Assembly: GCA_030141605.1 (NCBI GenBank)
Contig: JAQGDQ010000234.1
Span: 248,001-312,000 of the forward strand
Reading direction: 5' to 3'
From: Tubiluchus corallicola
Lineage: Eukaryota; Animalia; Priapulida
Length of the DNA stretch: 64,000 nt
The position numbers and the translations under genes were made by a program. The notes beneath the pieces are model-generated. The model worked only from the letters and a program-made list of their open reading frames with translations. It was not told the origin of the DNA and searched no databases. Positions 13,331 to 26,600 of this stretch are shown here, one piece after another (positions within the stretch are counted from its first letter, which is position 1; every line of letters begins with the position of its first letter).

Positions 13331-13911
13331 ACCTTTGAAAACAGATTGGCCTCTGTGGAACCATTGGAACCGAACCGACTTCTTTCGCTTAAAATGATTA
13401 TTTATCATATTTTTCACCATGTAAGACACACATTTTTCTAGGAAAATCATGCTAAAAACAGTCTGTTCTTTTGGCGCTGAATGACACAGAGGTACAACGA
13501 GTAGTGTAGTTTTGCCATTAACAGAATGAAATTACAGTAGGTACAGCAGACTTAAGATGTACTGGGTTTCTAAATCTTACAGCACCTATGATAACAGAAA
13601 TTCCCTGGTACGTATGTCAGTGATGTCGTAATAACTGGCACGTATTGCTTATTAGTGATGTCACATAATTGGCAGTTTAACAGTGATGCAGCTTCTAAAA
13701 ATAGCCCATAATACTATTAAGACTCTGGCAGACGTCAATAACGTTATGGAACTGAGAATTATATATCGGTTAAGGTATCAGAGCACAGGTCAGTAGTCAG
13801 CTTGTTCAAGTTAATAATATATTTATCTATGATTACACAGCTATAATCATATAGTTTAAGCCCGTTGGCGGATATCATAAAAATTATTCTCTGTCATCAT
13901 TCATTTCTGGA

Positions 13912-14040
13912 GCTCACGTCTTCTGCATGACCCTCATTTTTCTGTAAAGCTTAGAAGAAGAGCGCGTATAAGCACGGATCGGGGAAATGCGCAAATTCGC
14001 CATATTGAATTTTTGTGTTGTTGTTGCTAGGTAAATAAAT
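13912..14040. promoter_or_regulatory. Candidate ZMPSTE24/IFT81 promoter and first-exon region
   Basis: Locally CpG-rich; YY1-like AATATGGCG on the minus strand (13998-14006); RFX X-box-like GTTGCTAGGTAAA (14023-14035); minus-strand donor GAC|GTGAGC at 13918/13917. Confidence 0.45.
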
Positions 14041-14180
14041 GCTAAAATTGTATAATAGTATTTTGGATGTTTTCGATAATAATTTCCAATGTTCATTGCC
14101 TCAGCCAAAGCTCTTGAACCAACAAAAAGCTCAGAGACGGCCAACTTTTGACGTATAGATATATGTGATTTAGTAAAATA

Positions 14181-15371
14181 CGGTAATCGCCGCTTAATGG
14201 ACTCACTTTGGAACCGACGTGTTTTGACCCTATTAAACGATTGAACCCATTAACCGATGGGTGTACTAGTATTACTGCTATAGAAGTATGAGTAGTCAGT
14301 TTACTATGCACTGCAAAGGCTTTTAATCAATTTTAGAAACGAAATGATGCCTAAATTCCTTTGTGCATTTAAAAGTTAGTAAAAAATATTTTAAAATATT
14401 AATTTTTATAAGTGAATTAACAAGAAATTAAAAAGTATACTTTTCTAAATGACACAAGTCTGTTTATTTGCAAAAATCCCTTTAAAGTTGGCTGCTTCAT
14501 TTTCTCGCGAAGAAGTTGGCTCACAAAGTTCGGGTAATTATAAAAACGTTGAAAATCTGTTGCTGGTGTAGTACTTGGCATGCTTGAGCTGCAGTTGGTG
14601 GTGCCCTTGTTTCCTGTGCGTCGCCTCTTAGATGATGGATTCTCATTTTGACATGCTGACTGCTCAATTTCAGATCGTTTTTCAATATTCTGTCGAGAGT
14701 ACGTTGGGAAATTTTCAACTGTGCTGCTGCACACCTTTGCCCCATCTTTGGAAGTTTATTGTACGGTGCTAAAATTTTCAGTTTCTCCTTAACTGTTAGA
14801 TCTTTACGCTCCATTTTTCAAACTTCTTAACTCTATGCCCTTATTTGCTGTATGATGTTTACTCTTGTAAGTCACAAGGAATACTGGCTGATTACTGTAC
14901 CTGCATCTTTGAACGATTAACTCATTAAGCCTGAAAGCGTGATTTGCAACAAGAGCATCAAAAGGAAACTGCTAGGCAAGTAATTAAATGTTTAGCTTCC
15001 AGAAATTCTTTGGGTAACAAGGTTAATTTTAGTGGGCAAGCGTGTAACAGATTCAAAGCAAAACCGCTATGCTAGCGTATTAGCTCATGATAAACGTACC
15101 TGTTTACAAACAAAACGGTACTTAACATGATTGTTTCTACACAAAAGGAAAGTAAAGATGACATAAAAGTAGGAAAGGCTGTTTGGGCACATACAAATGT
15201 CTTATTTTAAGTATGTGAAAGAAAAATATTGAGTCAATTAAGCAAAGTTATTTGAGTTAATTACTGATAGTTTTTATGTATATTTGAATAGAAGCGGCCC
15301 GTTCCAGGCGATTTTGAGTCTATTAAACGATTGAGTCTATTAACTGTGAGTCTATTAAGCGCCGACTACTG
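14181..15371 (-). mobile_element. Non-autonomous pogo/Tigger-like DNA transposon with TIRs and TA TSD
   Basis: Left end TA|CGGTAATCGCCGCTTAATGGACTCAC; right end reverse complement TA|CAGTAGTCGGCGCTTAATAGACTCAC; minus-strand remnant MERKDLTVKEKLKIL...GQRCAAAQLKISQRTLDRILKN (CENP-B/psq-type HTH) at 14521-14814. Confidence 0.9.
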
Positions 15372-15508
15372 TATATAAATAATACCATTTCACAGGAAGT
15401 GTAAGCTATTACTGTATCAGAATAGTGAACTAATTAACTACCGTAACTGCCTAGCTAACTAACTAATTTGATTAATTTGATTTGACCTTAGCAGGTAAGT
15501 AAGTAGAA

Positions 15509-16246
15509 CTGTAGGAGTACCCCACTAGCCGAAGTAGTACACTTCTGCTAAAGCGCATGTGCTAAATTTGCAGAAAAGCAGTGTCGTACATGGGCAGCCC
15601 AAGTAGAGCACTGGCGATTTCTGTCGAGAATCAAGAATTACGACTTAATAAAACATAAAACTAAATTTGTTTTAGAAAAAAGTAACTTTAAAATAATGAT
15701 GGATAGTCCTTGACAATTTACAAATGTATTTTTACAATAATGTCATCATTATTATTAGCTCACAGTAACATTAAACTAAGTATATAATGCTTTAAAGAGA
15801 GAAACTGTGCACACAGTTATTACAGAAATAATTGCAAGTTTAAAAATGAAATTTTACTTAGTAGAAAACAATTATTTGCCCAAGAGGTAGTGAAACAGAT
15901 CACCTGTCTGTGAAGCGGGACAAAATAAAAAGCGATATGCCTTAAGCAAATGTTGGAAATGCCTAAAATGCAGGGTTATTTCACTTCAAAAAGATTAATA
16001 TCGAAGCCAAATTTAGTATTAGCTGTTCTACTAGCACAGAATAGGATTCTTTTATTTTATGAGATGTATAATGAATTATTATATGTGTATTGACGTTTTC
16101 AGTTATTGTTATTAAATAAGTCAGGACAACTTATGCTGCCAGTGCAGTTAACGACTCATTTCGTGACCTGTCTCTAGTGTCCTATTTGGGTAGCTCATGT
16201 ACACCAATTATCCTACTTCGGCTGGTGTCCTACTCCGCTCCCAAAA
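15509..16246 (+). mobile_element. TIR DNA element, same family as 45029-46470, internally deleted
   Basis: CCCACTAGCCGAAGTAG.ACACTTC...GCATGTGCTAAATTTGC...GTGTCGTACATGGGCAGCCCAAGTA is shared with 45047 onward; inverted end TCCTACTTCGGCTGGTG near 16211. Confidence 0.8.
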
Positions 16247-17604
16247 CTGTAGACTGTATTTTTATTTCAGGAACGTTTAAACAAGTAGACACCATTACAG
16301 TGCCCGCATTTTGTCAGTGCTAGAGTTACATCACCTTGAACTCTTTTTCAGCTGTAGTGAGAAAATTTTCAATTGTGACTAACAGTTCTTATTGTGTTGT
16401 TTGAAGCACTTGCGTGAACATGTTGTTGATGCAGATGTGGATGAACGGTATTCAATGTTCACCTTACAAAGTTATAGGGACCTAGAGTTAAACTCCTTGG
16501 TGTGTCCTTCTCAAAGATGCCTTAAAGCTATATCACAAATCATGAAATGATGCCTATGTTGTTCACGATGCCTATTAGACTTTTTGTTAATTACACTTTT
16601 ATTTGTGTATCTGTAACCGTACCTTGTATGTTGGTGCTTAAACCATTAATTTTTTTACATTGTATGCATTGTATTTTGCCAGTGTGTGTAGTGTTCACAC
16701 ATTTTTAACTGTGAAAACTGCAAATAAACTGAATTGAGTTGAATTGCATTCTGTTGATAATTATAAGTCCATATGTTCTTCAGGAGCGGACTCTGATTTG
16801 AATTGGGCTAATTTTCAGTTTAGGCAGTTCTCGCAGAATGCGGTGCCTATACCTCTGAAGGCTGCCCCTCTATGCCTATAAATTATATTGATTCATACAG
16901 TATTATAGCTATGCACCGGATCCAAATTCGGGCAGAGGGTATAGGTAATAGTATGCTGTATATTTAATGCTGTAAATTTCTGCTTATTCACGTTCAGGCT
17001 TTGACAAAGTGTAAAATGAATATAATTTATGGTGAATCAAACTTTTACTAGATATTGTATACATTGCCCTGGCATTGTATAGAATGCATAAAACAACTTA
17101 GCCAATATACTAGATTGAGCAAGTAATTCAGGTAAACCAGCAAGTATATACAATACCTAGCAAAAAGTGCATCCGACATCCAACAATTACACACTTTCCC
17201 AAACAAAATTTTCCATTATATGCAGTGTACCGGACATGTGGAAGAATTCAGTTTAGCCACTTTATCTTTTTTGTTTTGGCGCTCAGTAAAATGCCAGACA
17301 CTGCTCAGCATTAATATTGCATTCTTAAGTTTGAAATAGTTTCAAATGAAGGTGTGGCACACCTTCTTAAATTAATTTTTTAAGTGTCCAAATCCTTTTT
17401 ATTTTTAACTTTCCATTTAAACTAAAATAAGTTAATGAGGTGAAATGGCAAAAGACCAGAGGTCACTAGAGGTTGCCTACTAACCATCCATATTTTAATG
17501 ATGTAATGAGTTGCTGCTTTTATTACTTCTCTTCTAATGATGAGCATTTTTGTTTGTTGTAGGTTTCTTTTGAATTGTAAAGTAACAATCTTTTGCCTGT
17601 AAAG

Positions 17605-20600
17605 ATGACTGAGCATCTGAAGTATATTGTTGCTGAGCTCGCGAAACCTCCTTTTAACAAAGCTTATAACCTGATAAGCTTTGATGCCTTGGAGCCAATT
17701 CAAAGACTGCAAGTGCTTAACGATATTTTTTCTGAAATAGAACCGAAGGTTAGTTTAATATAATATATTACCTTTGATTATTAATTGATGTGTACATTTA
17801 TTTTTTTCAGTTTAGTAATATCTAAACCTTTTGCGTAAAAATTTAAATAGCAAGATAAAATAATTCGTTTTTAGGTACTTAAAATCCTGAAATGTTATAA
17901 TAGTGAAAACATTATAGTCATTTACTGAATTGAAATTGCTTTGAAAATTACAAAAATTATTGTATTAATTTGTCAATTTGATTTCTCTGGCAAAGTTGCT
18001 TTTTCAGAAAATAAAAATTTGATCTCTAATTTATTGTAGTGTTGCATTGTGTTTTAAGCTACAGTATGTAAAGTAATTTTGCTTTTTAATATTCACTTGC
18101 TTTGCTTGCATTTTTCAGAATCAAATGGACATTCGGCAAGAAGCAGCAGATCAAACTGCAGTGCGAATGTTGGCAATGCTTCGAGCTGTACAGTACAAGG
18201 TTGAAGGGGATGGGTGAGTCCAGCATTTCTTAAGAATGTGGTTTTCAATTCATTCAGTTCATTGGCAGTCTCGTGTTTCATTTGTGTATTCCAAACAAGA
18301 CTGACACAAGTGCCATTTTTTCCTGCTGCTGCCAAGATAATAAAAATCAAGGATATACTAGTTGCAGTTTAGTTTTTTGTTTGACTGTAGAATGGTTGAT
18401 AATTACATAACAAGTTTGCTACAGGTTATCAGTCCGAATTAGAGGTTCTATATATTTGTAATAGATTTGCTGCAACTGATCACTCTGATGTTTTGAACAG
18501 CAAGTAGACAATCTCTAATCATTCACAAATAACATGACACAAAGAATAATGTAGCCAAGTAGTAATGAATGAAAGCAAACAAACACTACTTTTTGGTTTT
18601 AACCATTCATTTTTTCCACAAGAATGTGAACTGCTAGTTATTCTACTATATATTAGTGATGCACTGGATCCAAATTTGGATACGATATTTTGTTGGATTT
18701 TTAAGGATCCAGAGTTGGTATATGATATCCAGTAGATTCAACTAGGTACTCGACTGTAACATGGGTTAATAGAATTACGCTGTCCACAATGTTGCATTAT
18801 ATCTCTTTGGTTGTATTTTACTATAGTACAATAATGCATTCTTTGCTCAGTGATTTAAACAGTTTTATTGCAGAGCTAGTAAAACTTACACAACATTACA
18901 TAACAGTTCGCACCCTGAAAGTCAAGTGCTTAAATTTAACAGTACCTGGAATCGACCCGGATTCGGTTGCAGTGATGTGGTGCATCACTACCATATTATC
19001 GCCTTCAGCCTGAATTTGAATGTACTGTCAGGTGGCACCTGTCCTCTTGCATATTTGCGTGGTGCACTTTTTTATGACAGACTATCAGCTATTTTTGTCT
19101 TTGACTGAAGTAGAGTGCGACAAAGAAGTGCCCGAAAAATGTGATATCACTTGTTCACATTTTACAACAATTCGTTCTTCTTTACAGTGCGGCATTTAGA
19201 CAAGGTCTCGTCCAAGGTGAAAAATCTGTTGTGTATGCAATCATGCATTGGTGTTTACAGCAAATGCCAAAACTTAAGAAGAATGCTTATTTAGCTAAAT
19301 ACCTGCAAAAGGTAACGATACCAGATTGGGTGAAACAAGACAATGATGCAGAAGTTGAAGCGGTTTTAGCTCAGGTAACTTAATAACCATTTGCTGTGCT
19401 TTGCTGAATTTACTGCTATAATATACTTAAATATTTTTATTGCAAACACTTTTTAACTATTTTCGAGGCAACCTGGAAAACAGTAATTATACATGACTTC
19501 ACAAAATATGTTTCTGATGAATGGGTAAATTATTTTGTTAGTTAAGCAGTAATATGAAATAGTGGCTATTGGCATGAATTGTGATAAAGCACAACAAGTG
19601 TTTTAATGTGTACTGTATTTTCTTTACGACTTCTAATTCCCTATCATGTTTGTTAAGGCTAGCAGAATTAATTTTATCACTTGTATTGCTCTGTAGCTAC
19701 AATGCGTTTTCAAGTGACATTGTATTTAATGCAGTAAATATATAGAGCATTATTGTCATTTATGTAAAGTCTTTGCATAGTTGCAGTTACAGATTTAGGC
19801 AACTTATGATCAGAACATCAATTAGTTTTGCCTTTGAACTTATGAGGAGATTACATGCAAGTACTATTTATCTTAGTCAGTGCTGAATTTTTAATCATGT
19901 AAATGTTTTTGACTTTTTACTTGCTATATACTCTTTATACAGATTTTTAATATGGTCTATTTGCAGTACGATGAGCTTATTGAAAAGTTCAAGGAAGTGC
20001 ATAAGGCACATACTGCTCTTGCTAATAGTGGCTTTTCAACAGCTGACATAAAAAAGGACATTGAGAACATGGAAGAGGAAAAGGAACAGGTTTCAAAACG
20101 AATTGAAAGAGTTAAGAAAAAGGTATGTAATCTAGTTAAAGAAACTGAATTAGGCCCTTTATTGTTGGACTGTTAAAGATAAAACAGTGTGAGTTTTTTG
20201 GTAATGTGTAAAATTTTTGTTTTTTCAACTGTAAATGCGACTGTGTAGGAATGAGTTGCATCTAGTATGTTGTGGCTGTTTTTAGGTTGAGAGTGTTCCA
20301 AACAGAGAGCCAATGCTTGCTGTTGCAAAGAACTTACGAATGGAGAAAGAGCGAGAACAGGAACTTGCCACTCAAAGACAGGAACAAGAAAATTCGGTAT
20401 ACTTTGAAAAAAGTATAATTGTTCTATTGACTTGCTCATGAGACTTTTGCTTTCTTTGATTTTTATAGTCCATGAAAAGTGGTAATTAATGGCAGTCAGT
20501 TTTTTTTGACCATGCTTTGTAATTCAAAAATACAGTGCCCAACAGTATGGTCTTCTGAAACTGTTGCAAGGTGATGTCATCACCTTGTTATTTACTATAT

Positions 20601-23600
20601 TTTTATGAGTTTCTGTCCTGTTGCTATGCAGATTATACATCAACCCTACACATACTAGAAAAAGAAATTACATCTTCATCATAAACACAAAAAGTGTTCC
20701 CTTCTTCTAAACCGTATTTGTTTGCTAAATTTGCATCTGGTTTATAAATAAGTTTAGGTAAGAATTTCGATTCCAACCAGGAAACTTTTTCCAAATTTAA
20801 TAAAGAATTTAACTTAAATGAGTGCAAATTTATTTGTATTTTTCATCAAGCTGCTATGGATTCAAACTTATTTTGATGAACGTATGAATAATATTTTTAT
20901 TTCAACAAAATTAAGTTCAATTCGTATACACATACATTCGTATGATTTGTTGCTAGTTGTGTTCTAGATGTTTTAATTAAAACGTACATATAATCATTTG
21001 TGTCTTGTCTACCACTACAGTTAATGTTAGCTGGTCAACGCATAGAGAGAGTGCAGCAACACTTGCAAGAGATCAGGGCAGCTGGCATCAAGACGACCCC
21101 AGAAGGTATAATAGTATTTTTAGTAATATGTAACAAATTAGCTAAACATTTTGTGTCGAATGGTAAATTATGTAACGCGTATGACTTACTTGATAGATTT
21201 AATGCAACAGCTGGAAGAAGAAGCCAAAACAAATGAGTATCTTGTTGGAGAAAAATATCCCAAAGAGATTGACATACTGCAGGCAAAATGTGGAGATTTA
21301 CAAAGAGTTGCATCCTTTCCTGCCATGGGTCAATCTGATTTAGATGAGTTAAACAAGCAGGTATGCAAAATGTTTTACAGTTAATCAGTATTTGTAGCAA
21401 CAGCGGAATTTTGGTTTTACTCATCTGTATTATATAATATTAAAATTTGTATTACTAGATTAAAGACGTAAATGCACAAATTAACCAGCTCATCGAGAAA
21501 AAGATGATCAGTGAAAATCCAGAGGATAAAACCGCATTATTTCGGCAGCAGGTATGTGTATTTTCACCAGTTGTTTTATATAAGATTACACTTATCAATA
21601 ATGCTATTATTTATGACATGTTCCATTTCTAAACTCAAATGTGCTCAGATAATACATTGTGCTGAGTAGTCTTATTTTGAAACTCACTCACTTATACCTT
21701 CATGAAAACAAACTGGTTGGATATATAAAATATATATTACTGAGTGTTTAGCTAAATTACATGTTCAATAGGTGTCATTTATTGTACTCATGATTAATAT
21801 AATCAGTCACCTTATTAACTCAGAAATGTCTGGTATAGGCCACTCCTATTCAAATGTATATAAAAACTGTCGGCAGTTGACTCAAATAATTCTTCAAATT
21901 TGACTCAATATTTCTGCTTCATGTACTTCAAATGGGAGACCTGCATGTGATCAAAGAGCCTTTATTTCATTTATGTCATCTTTACATTACTTTTGTGCAC
22001 TATTACATATGCAGAAACAATCATGTTATGAGACAAATGCAGCAGCAATAGAGCAACTAAAAGCATAGAGTTAATTTTGAAAAATAGAGCATAAGTGCAA
22101 AGACCTAACATTTAAAGTTATCGTAGCCTTTCAGTCCATGCTAAGCTGAAGATGATGACTCATACTTCTATACTAGTAATATTAATATAGATTGAGTCGG
22201 TTAATAGGGTCAAACACACATTTCCATCCCAAAGTGAGTCTATTAAGCGACGCCTACTGTAGATTGTTTTAGAAAGTTGTGATGCTCACATAATGCATAG
22301 TGCTATATGTAACTTATGAATGGTCTTATCTTAATACGTTCACTCATTTATACCTTTATGAGAATAAACTGTTTGTTTATATAAAATACATGTTACTGGG
22401 GGCTTAGCTAAATCAGACATGTATTGTTTCAGAAGGTTTAGAACTACTATTTATTGTGAGTCTGTTAAGAAATTACCTACTGGTATACTAGTTAATCCGG
22501 CTTAGTGGATATATTAATTCAAATTTTTTAGTTAAATAAATCAGAGAATCCTGTTGTATCATTAAATTTTAATAAAAACACTGTTTTTTATTGTTGAAAA
22601 AAACTAATATATTTTCTCTTAGAAAACATCTGTGAATAAGAAAATATGTTTCTGTTTTCATAAATTCCATCTTTAGGCTGCAATTGTCAACAGGAAAAAG
22701 GAGGCAGCAGCTGAAACACTTGCTGAAGCAAGAAGTGAACTTTCAACACTCGAATCTGAATTGGAGGAGAAGAAGAATATGTTAAAAGATCTTGACGTTG
22801 GTGATGCACTTAAAGGCGATGACGTAAAATTATTATGTCCATTATACTACATTCTTACTATCTATAATTAGTGTTTACCCAAGCAGCAAAAATCAGACTT
22901 TACCCTATTCCTTATACCTTTTGGGCACCTGTTTGTTAAGTTTCAGCGGCAGTAACAAACTGTAATCGTTTATAATCGCAAATAAAAGCAACCACTGATG
23001 TTATGTTAACAACAAGCATTCATTTATTACACCCTGACAGCCTGAATACACGAGCTGCAAGACAAGGCATTTGACTGCATTTTTATCTGCCAGACCTTAA
23101 TTACTTCATTTCAGGCTTTATCAATGAGTCAGTATGTCAGCCTGGGTAGTACCGCACTGAGCACTATTAATACAGCATAGGAATTACGAAATAAAATAAT
23201 CTCTATTATCCTTTTTGTGTGCTGTTAAACTTAACAGTTCGTTTATTCGTATTCTTCTTAATGGCCTGAAATAGGTTTTCAAAGAGTAATAAACAATTTA
23301 ATTTGGATAATTGACCTCTTGATAAAGAAATCGTAGTTTGTTTTTTGTAAGCCACACCTATGGCAAAAATGATTTGATTCGCCATCTTCCTATTGGCTGT
23401 TAGCCTGGCCCACTGCCAATGCAGCAGTTAATATAGTCTGCTAGTAGACTCATGTACCTGCTGTAGAAGCATGGTGGTATTCAAATGTTAAATTCTCCAA
23501 CAATGGATTATGCAAATAATGTCTGCAGTTTCATTGTTGGAACCCGGTAGAAATATAAGGCTTGGGTAATAAACAACACAGGTATTCGATGGAAACACTA

Positions 23601-26600
23601 TTTATAATGATCTTAAAATGGCTATTTGGTGTTAAAATTACCTTCAAGAATATAAAGATTATATCTATTATTCTTGTTCATTTCATCAATTGTATGATAA
23701 CCGTGATTTGAAACCCTATACAGAATAGAACCTGTGGTATTGAACATTATAGCACAATTATTATATGTAACAGTTAGAGTGTTAGCCTCTAAATGGCAAT
23801 CAATTTGGTGAAATCAAATATAGCCAAATTTATTCTAGTTTATTTGTCTGTTGTATGACTTTATTTGAAATTCTGTGTATATTGTAGTAGCAGATCTTGT
23901 AACAAAAATGTTTTAGAGTTATATATTATAGACGTAACATGTCTCAGTGCGATACAATGCAATTTATTTTTTGGGAATTTCAGTATTTTGTATAATCTAT
24001 CCCAGTTTTTCCCCGGTGCCATTTTCCCCTAGTTTTGTAGTTTGTTTTTTTCATTTTAGCTTCCATGCATATTTTTGGTTCTCATTTTGAATCTTTTGCT
24101 TGTTCATACTTCATCTCTACCTATAGTATCTAATTATAAGCAGGAAAGCTTGTAAAATCTTGAATTTCTTACGGGTTAACAATTTTGACAACTAGTGTTT
24201 GTTGTTGTAGTTCAAGCGTTATGTTGCAAAACTGCGTGGTAAGAATACCTCGTATCGGAAATATAGAGCAGAATTATCTGAGATTAGAGCAGAGGTTGGT
24301 GTGCTGATGAGAACAGTTGAAATACTGAAAGACCAGTCATCAGACATGTCTCAAGATTTGGTACGTTATTTTAATGTTCATAGTTTAGTTCAAAATCTGT
24401 TTTCGTTGTTAAGTAACATTACTGTCATGAGCAGCATGTGACTGATTACCAAAAGCGTCAGTGGTTGATAAATATTTGGTTGCTGTTAATGAAGTCTAGT
24501 TCATTCTGTAGAAGGGTTTCTATGCTATGGCTAGCGAAGACGATGCAAAACCTTTACATGAGGAAAAGGTGGCTTTGTGGTTTAGCTCAAAGTTTTTTCT
24601 AGTAAAGATTTTGGCTTCATCATTGCAGAGGTCTTATAAACTTATTATAGAAAAATTTGTGCTCCAGTTTTTAGTAGTGATTGCTAATTGTCCACACTTC
24701 CATTCTGCTAATTTGCTACTATTTAGTGTATATTTAATTGTGCAGAAAGTAGTTGAAGCAAAGCATGGTGTAAGCGGTTTTCTAGACACACAAGAAGAAC
24801 TAGAAAAAATATCGGAGCAAAAGAGCATACTTGATGAACAGAAAGGTAAAAAAAATTGTACGATTGTTTATGAAATATTGCAGTTTAATTTTTGTTAAAT
24901 AGGATAATTTACCCACAAAGTCTTGGAATGAAAAACCAAGTGGATACTTTTTTATGTCGACATTTGTTATTGTATTTAAAAGGAAATTATTTTAATTTTG
25001 GCAGGTGAGTTTGGACATCCTTGTACTGTCATCCAATTTTATAGTAAACTGGTTGTAGAGCTTTCAGTTCTTCATTATCAAAGATTAAGCTGATGTATAT
25101 AATTAGCAAGCTTATGTTTAACATTAAAGTTCAGTATATCAACTAAGCATCAGCAAAGAACATGTCTTTTCTGATTTCTAAGAGCCAATTAAAAAAATGT
25201 TCGCTTTTATTTCAAAACTTCAAAAACGTGTTCCGTTCCAGGCCCACCCACGATAAGTGAATTTCCGCGAAGTAGGGACGCTATACTTTTTTAGTAGTTA
25301 TACATTATTTTACATTCCATCAATCAACCAATCGTGTGTTGTGTACAATCTCACATCAGCAAGTAGCATCTCAAGCGGGCGTAAGTACTACATTTCGTTT
25401 TTGGTGTGTATTCATCCGTCGCATAAATACACTATTTACTGTAAATGGTAATTATTTACGATTTATGATATTTTATGCAAAATTCATCAAATCTATACAT
25501 TATTGTACAATACGTACTATGGATGTGCAAAAAAATACTTTAGACGGAGTACCGCAAAAACCCGCGAAACAGCGAGTCCGCGATAAACGAACCTCGAAAT
25601 GGCGAGGGAACACTGTACTTGTAATTTAATGAAATTGCCTTTTTATTGTCATTAGTTGTTGCATTTGAAAGGAATTTTTTTTATTTGGGTAGTTCAGTTT
25701 AAACATTGCTTAGTTAGCTTAATGTAGTTGTAATTTAACAAAATTACCTCTTTATTGTCGTATGATTCCTCTGTGATAACATTTAGTGAATATATAGCAA
25801 ACTGACTGTTGTCTGTTTGTCTCAGGAATTTAAATGCAAGGTGAAGCAGGTTTGTATAACCAGTTTTCTGAAAGTGTAGGTCTAGTGATAAGAATTGGCT
25901 GACATGTGACTTGAGTTGCACCTTGTCTTTTATTTTTTAGTTTATTTGAGGAATTTTAAGTAGTTTGCATTCGAACATAATTGACATTAAAATGAAAAAA
26001 AACTGTGGGCTACATCTTGCAGTTGCTTAGATGATACTTGTAAAACTAAATTACTTCTAAAAAATAAAATTGCAACATATTCTGAACATATTGACTATAG
26101 TTTAGTAGTTAGAGATATATTTTTTATGTACTGTTATACCTAAACTGCCACTCTCCATTATGTCATACTTATGCATAAGAATGTTTCAATTAAAATCTGG
26201 GTAAGGATCATAAGTAAGATACCATATTCTGATGTAAGCAATTTTTGCAGCCTTTTAAGTTATACAGATTATTACTTATTGTTATATCTGCCTGCTCTCC
26301 ATAGCTATGTTATACTTGTGCGTGAGTAATAAGCATAGATGATTTTAACAGGGCGCACATTAGAAAACATCTCGGAAATGGTGCAGCAACTGCACAACAG
26401 TATAGCAACAAAGAAGTCAGCTTTAGCACCTATCATTAAAGAATTGAGACCAATGCGACAAAAATGCCAGGTATGGGACATTTATAAGTATTTGGTTGGT
26501 ACATACGGTAAGTTTAATAATGTACATGAAAGTCACAATATATGATGGACTTTTAAGTCTTCATTATTAAATTTTGTAACAGTTGTCTTAAATTTCGGAA

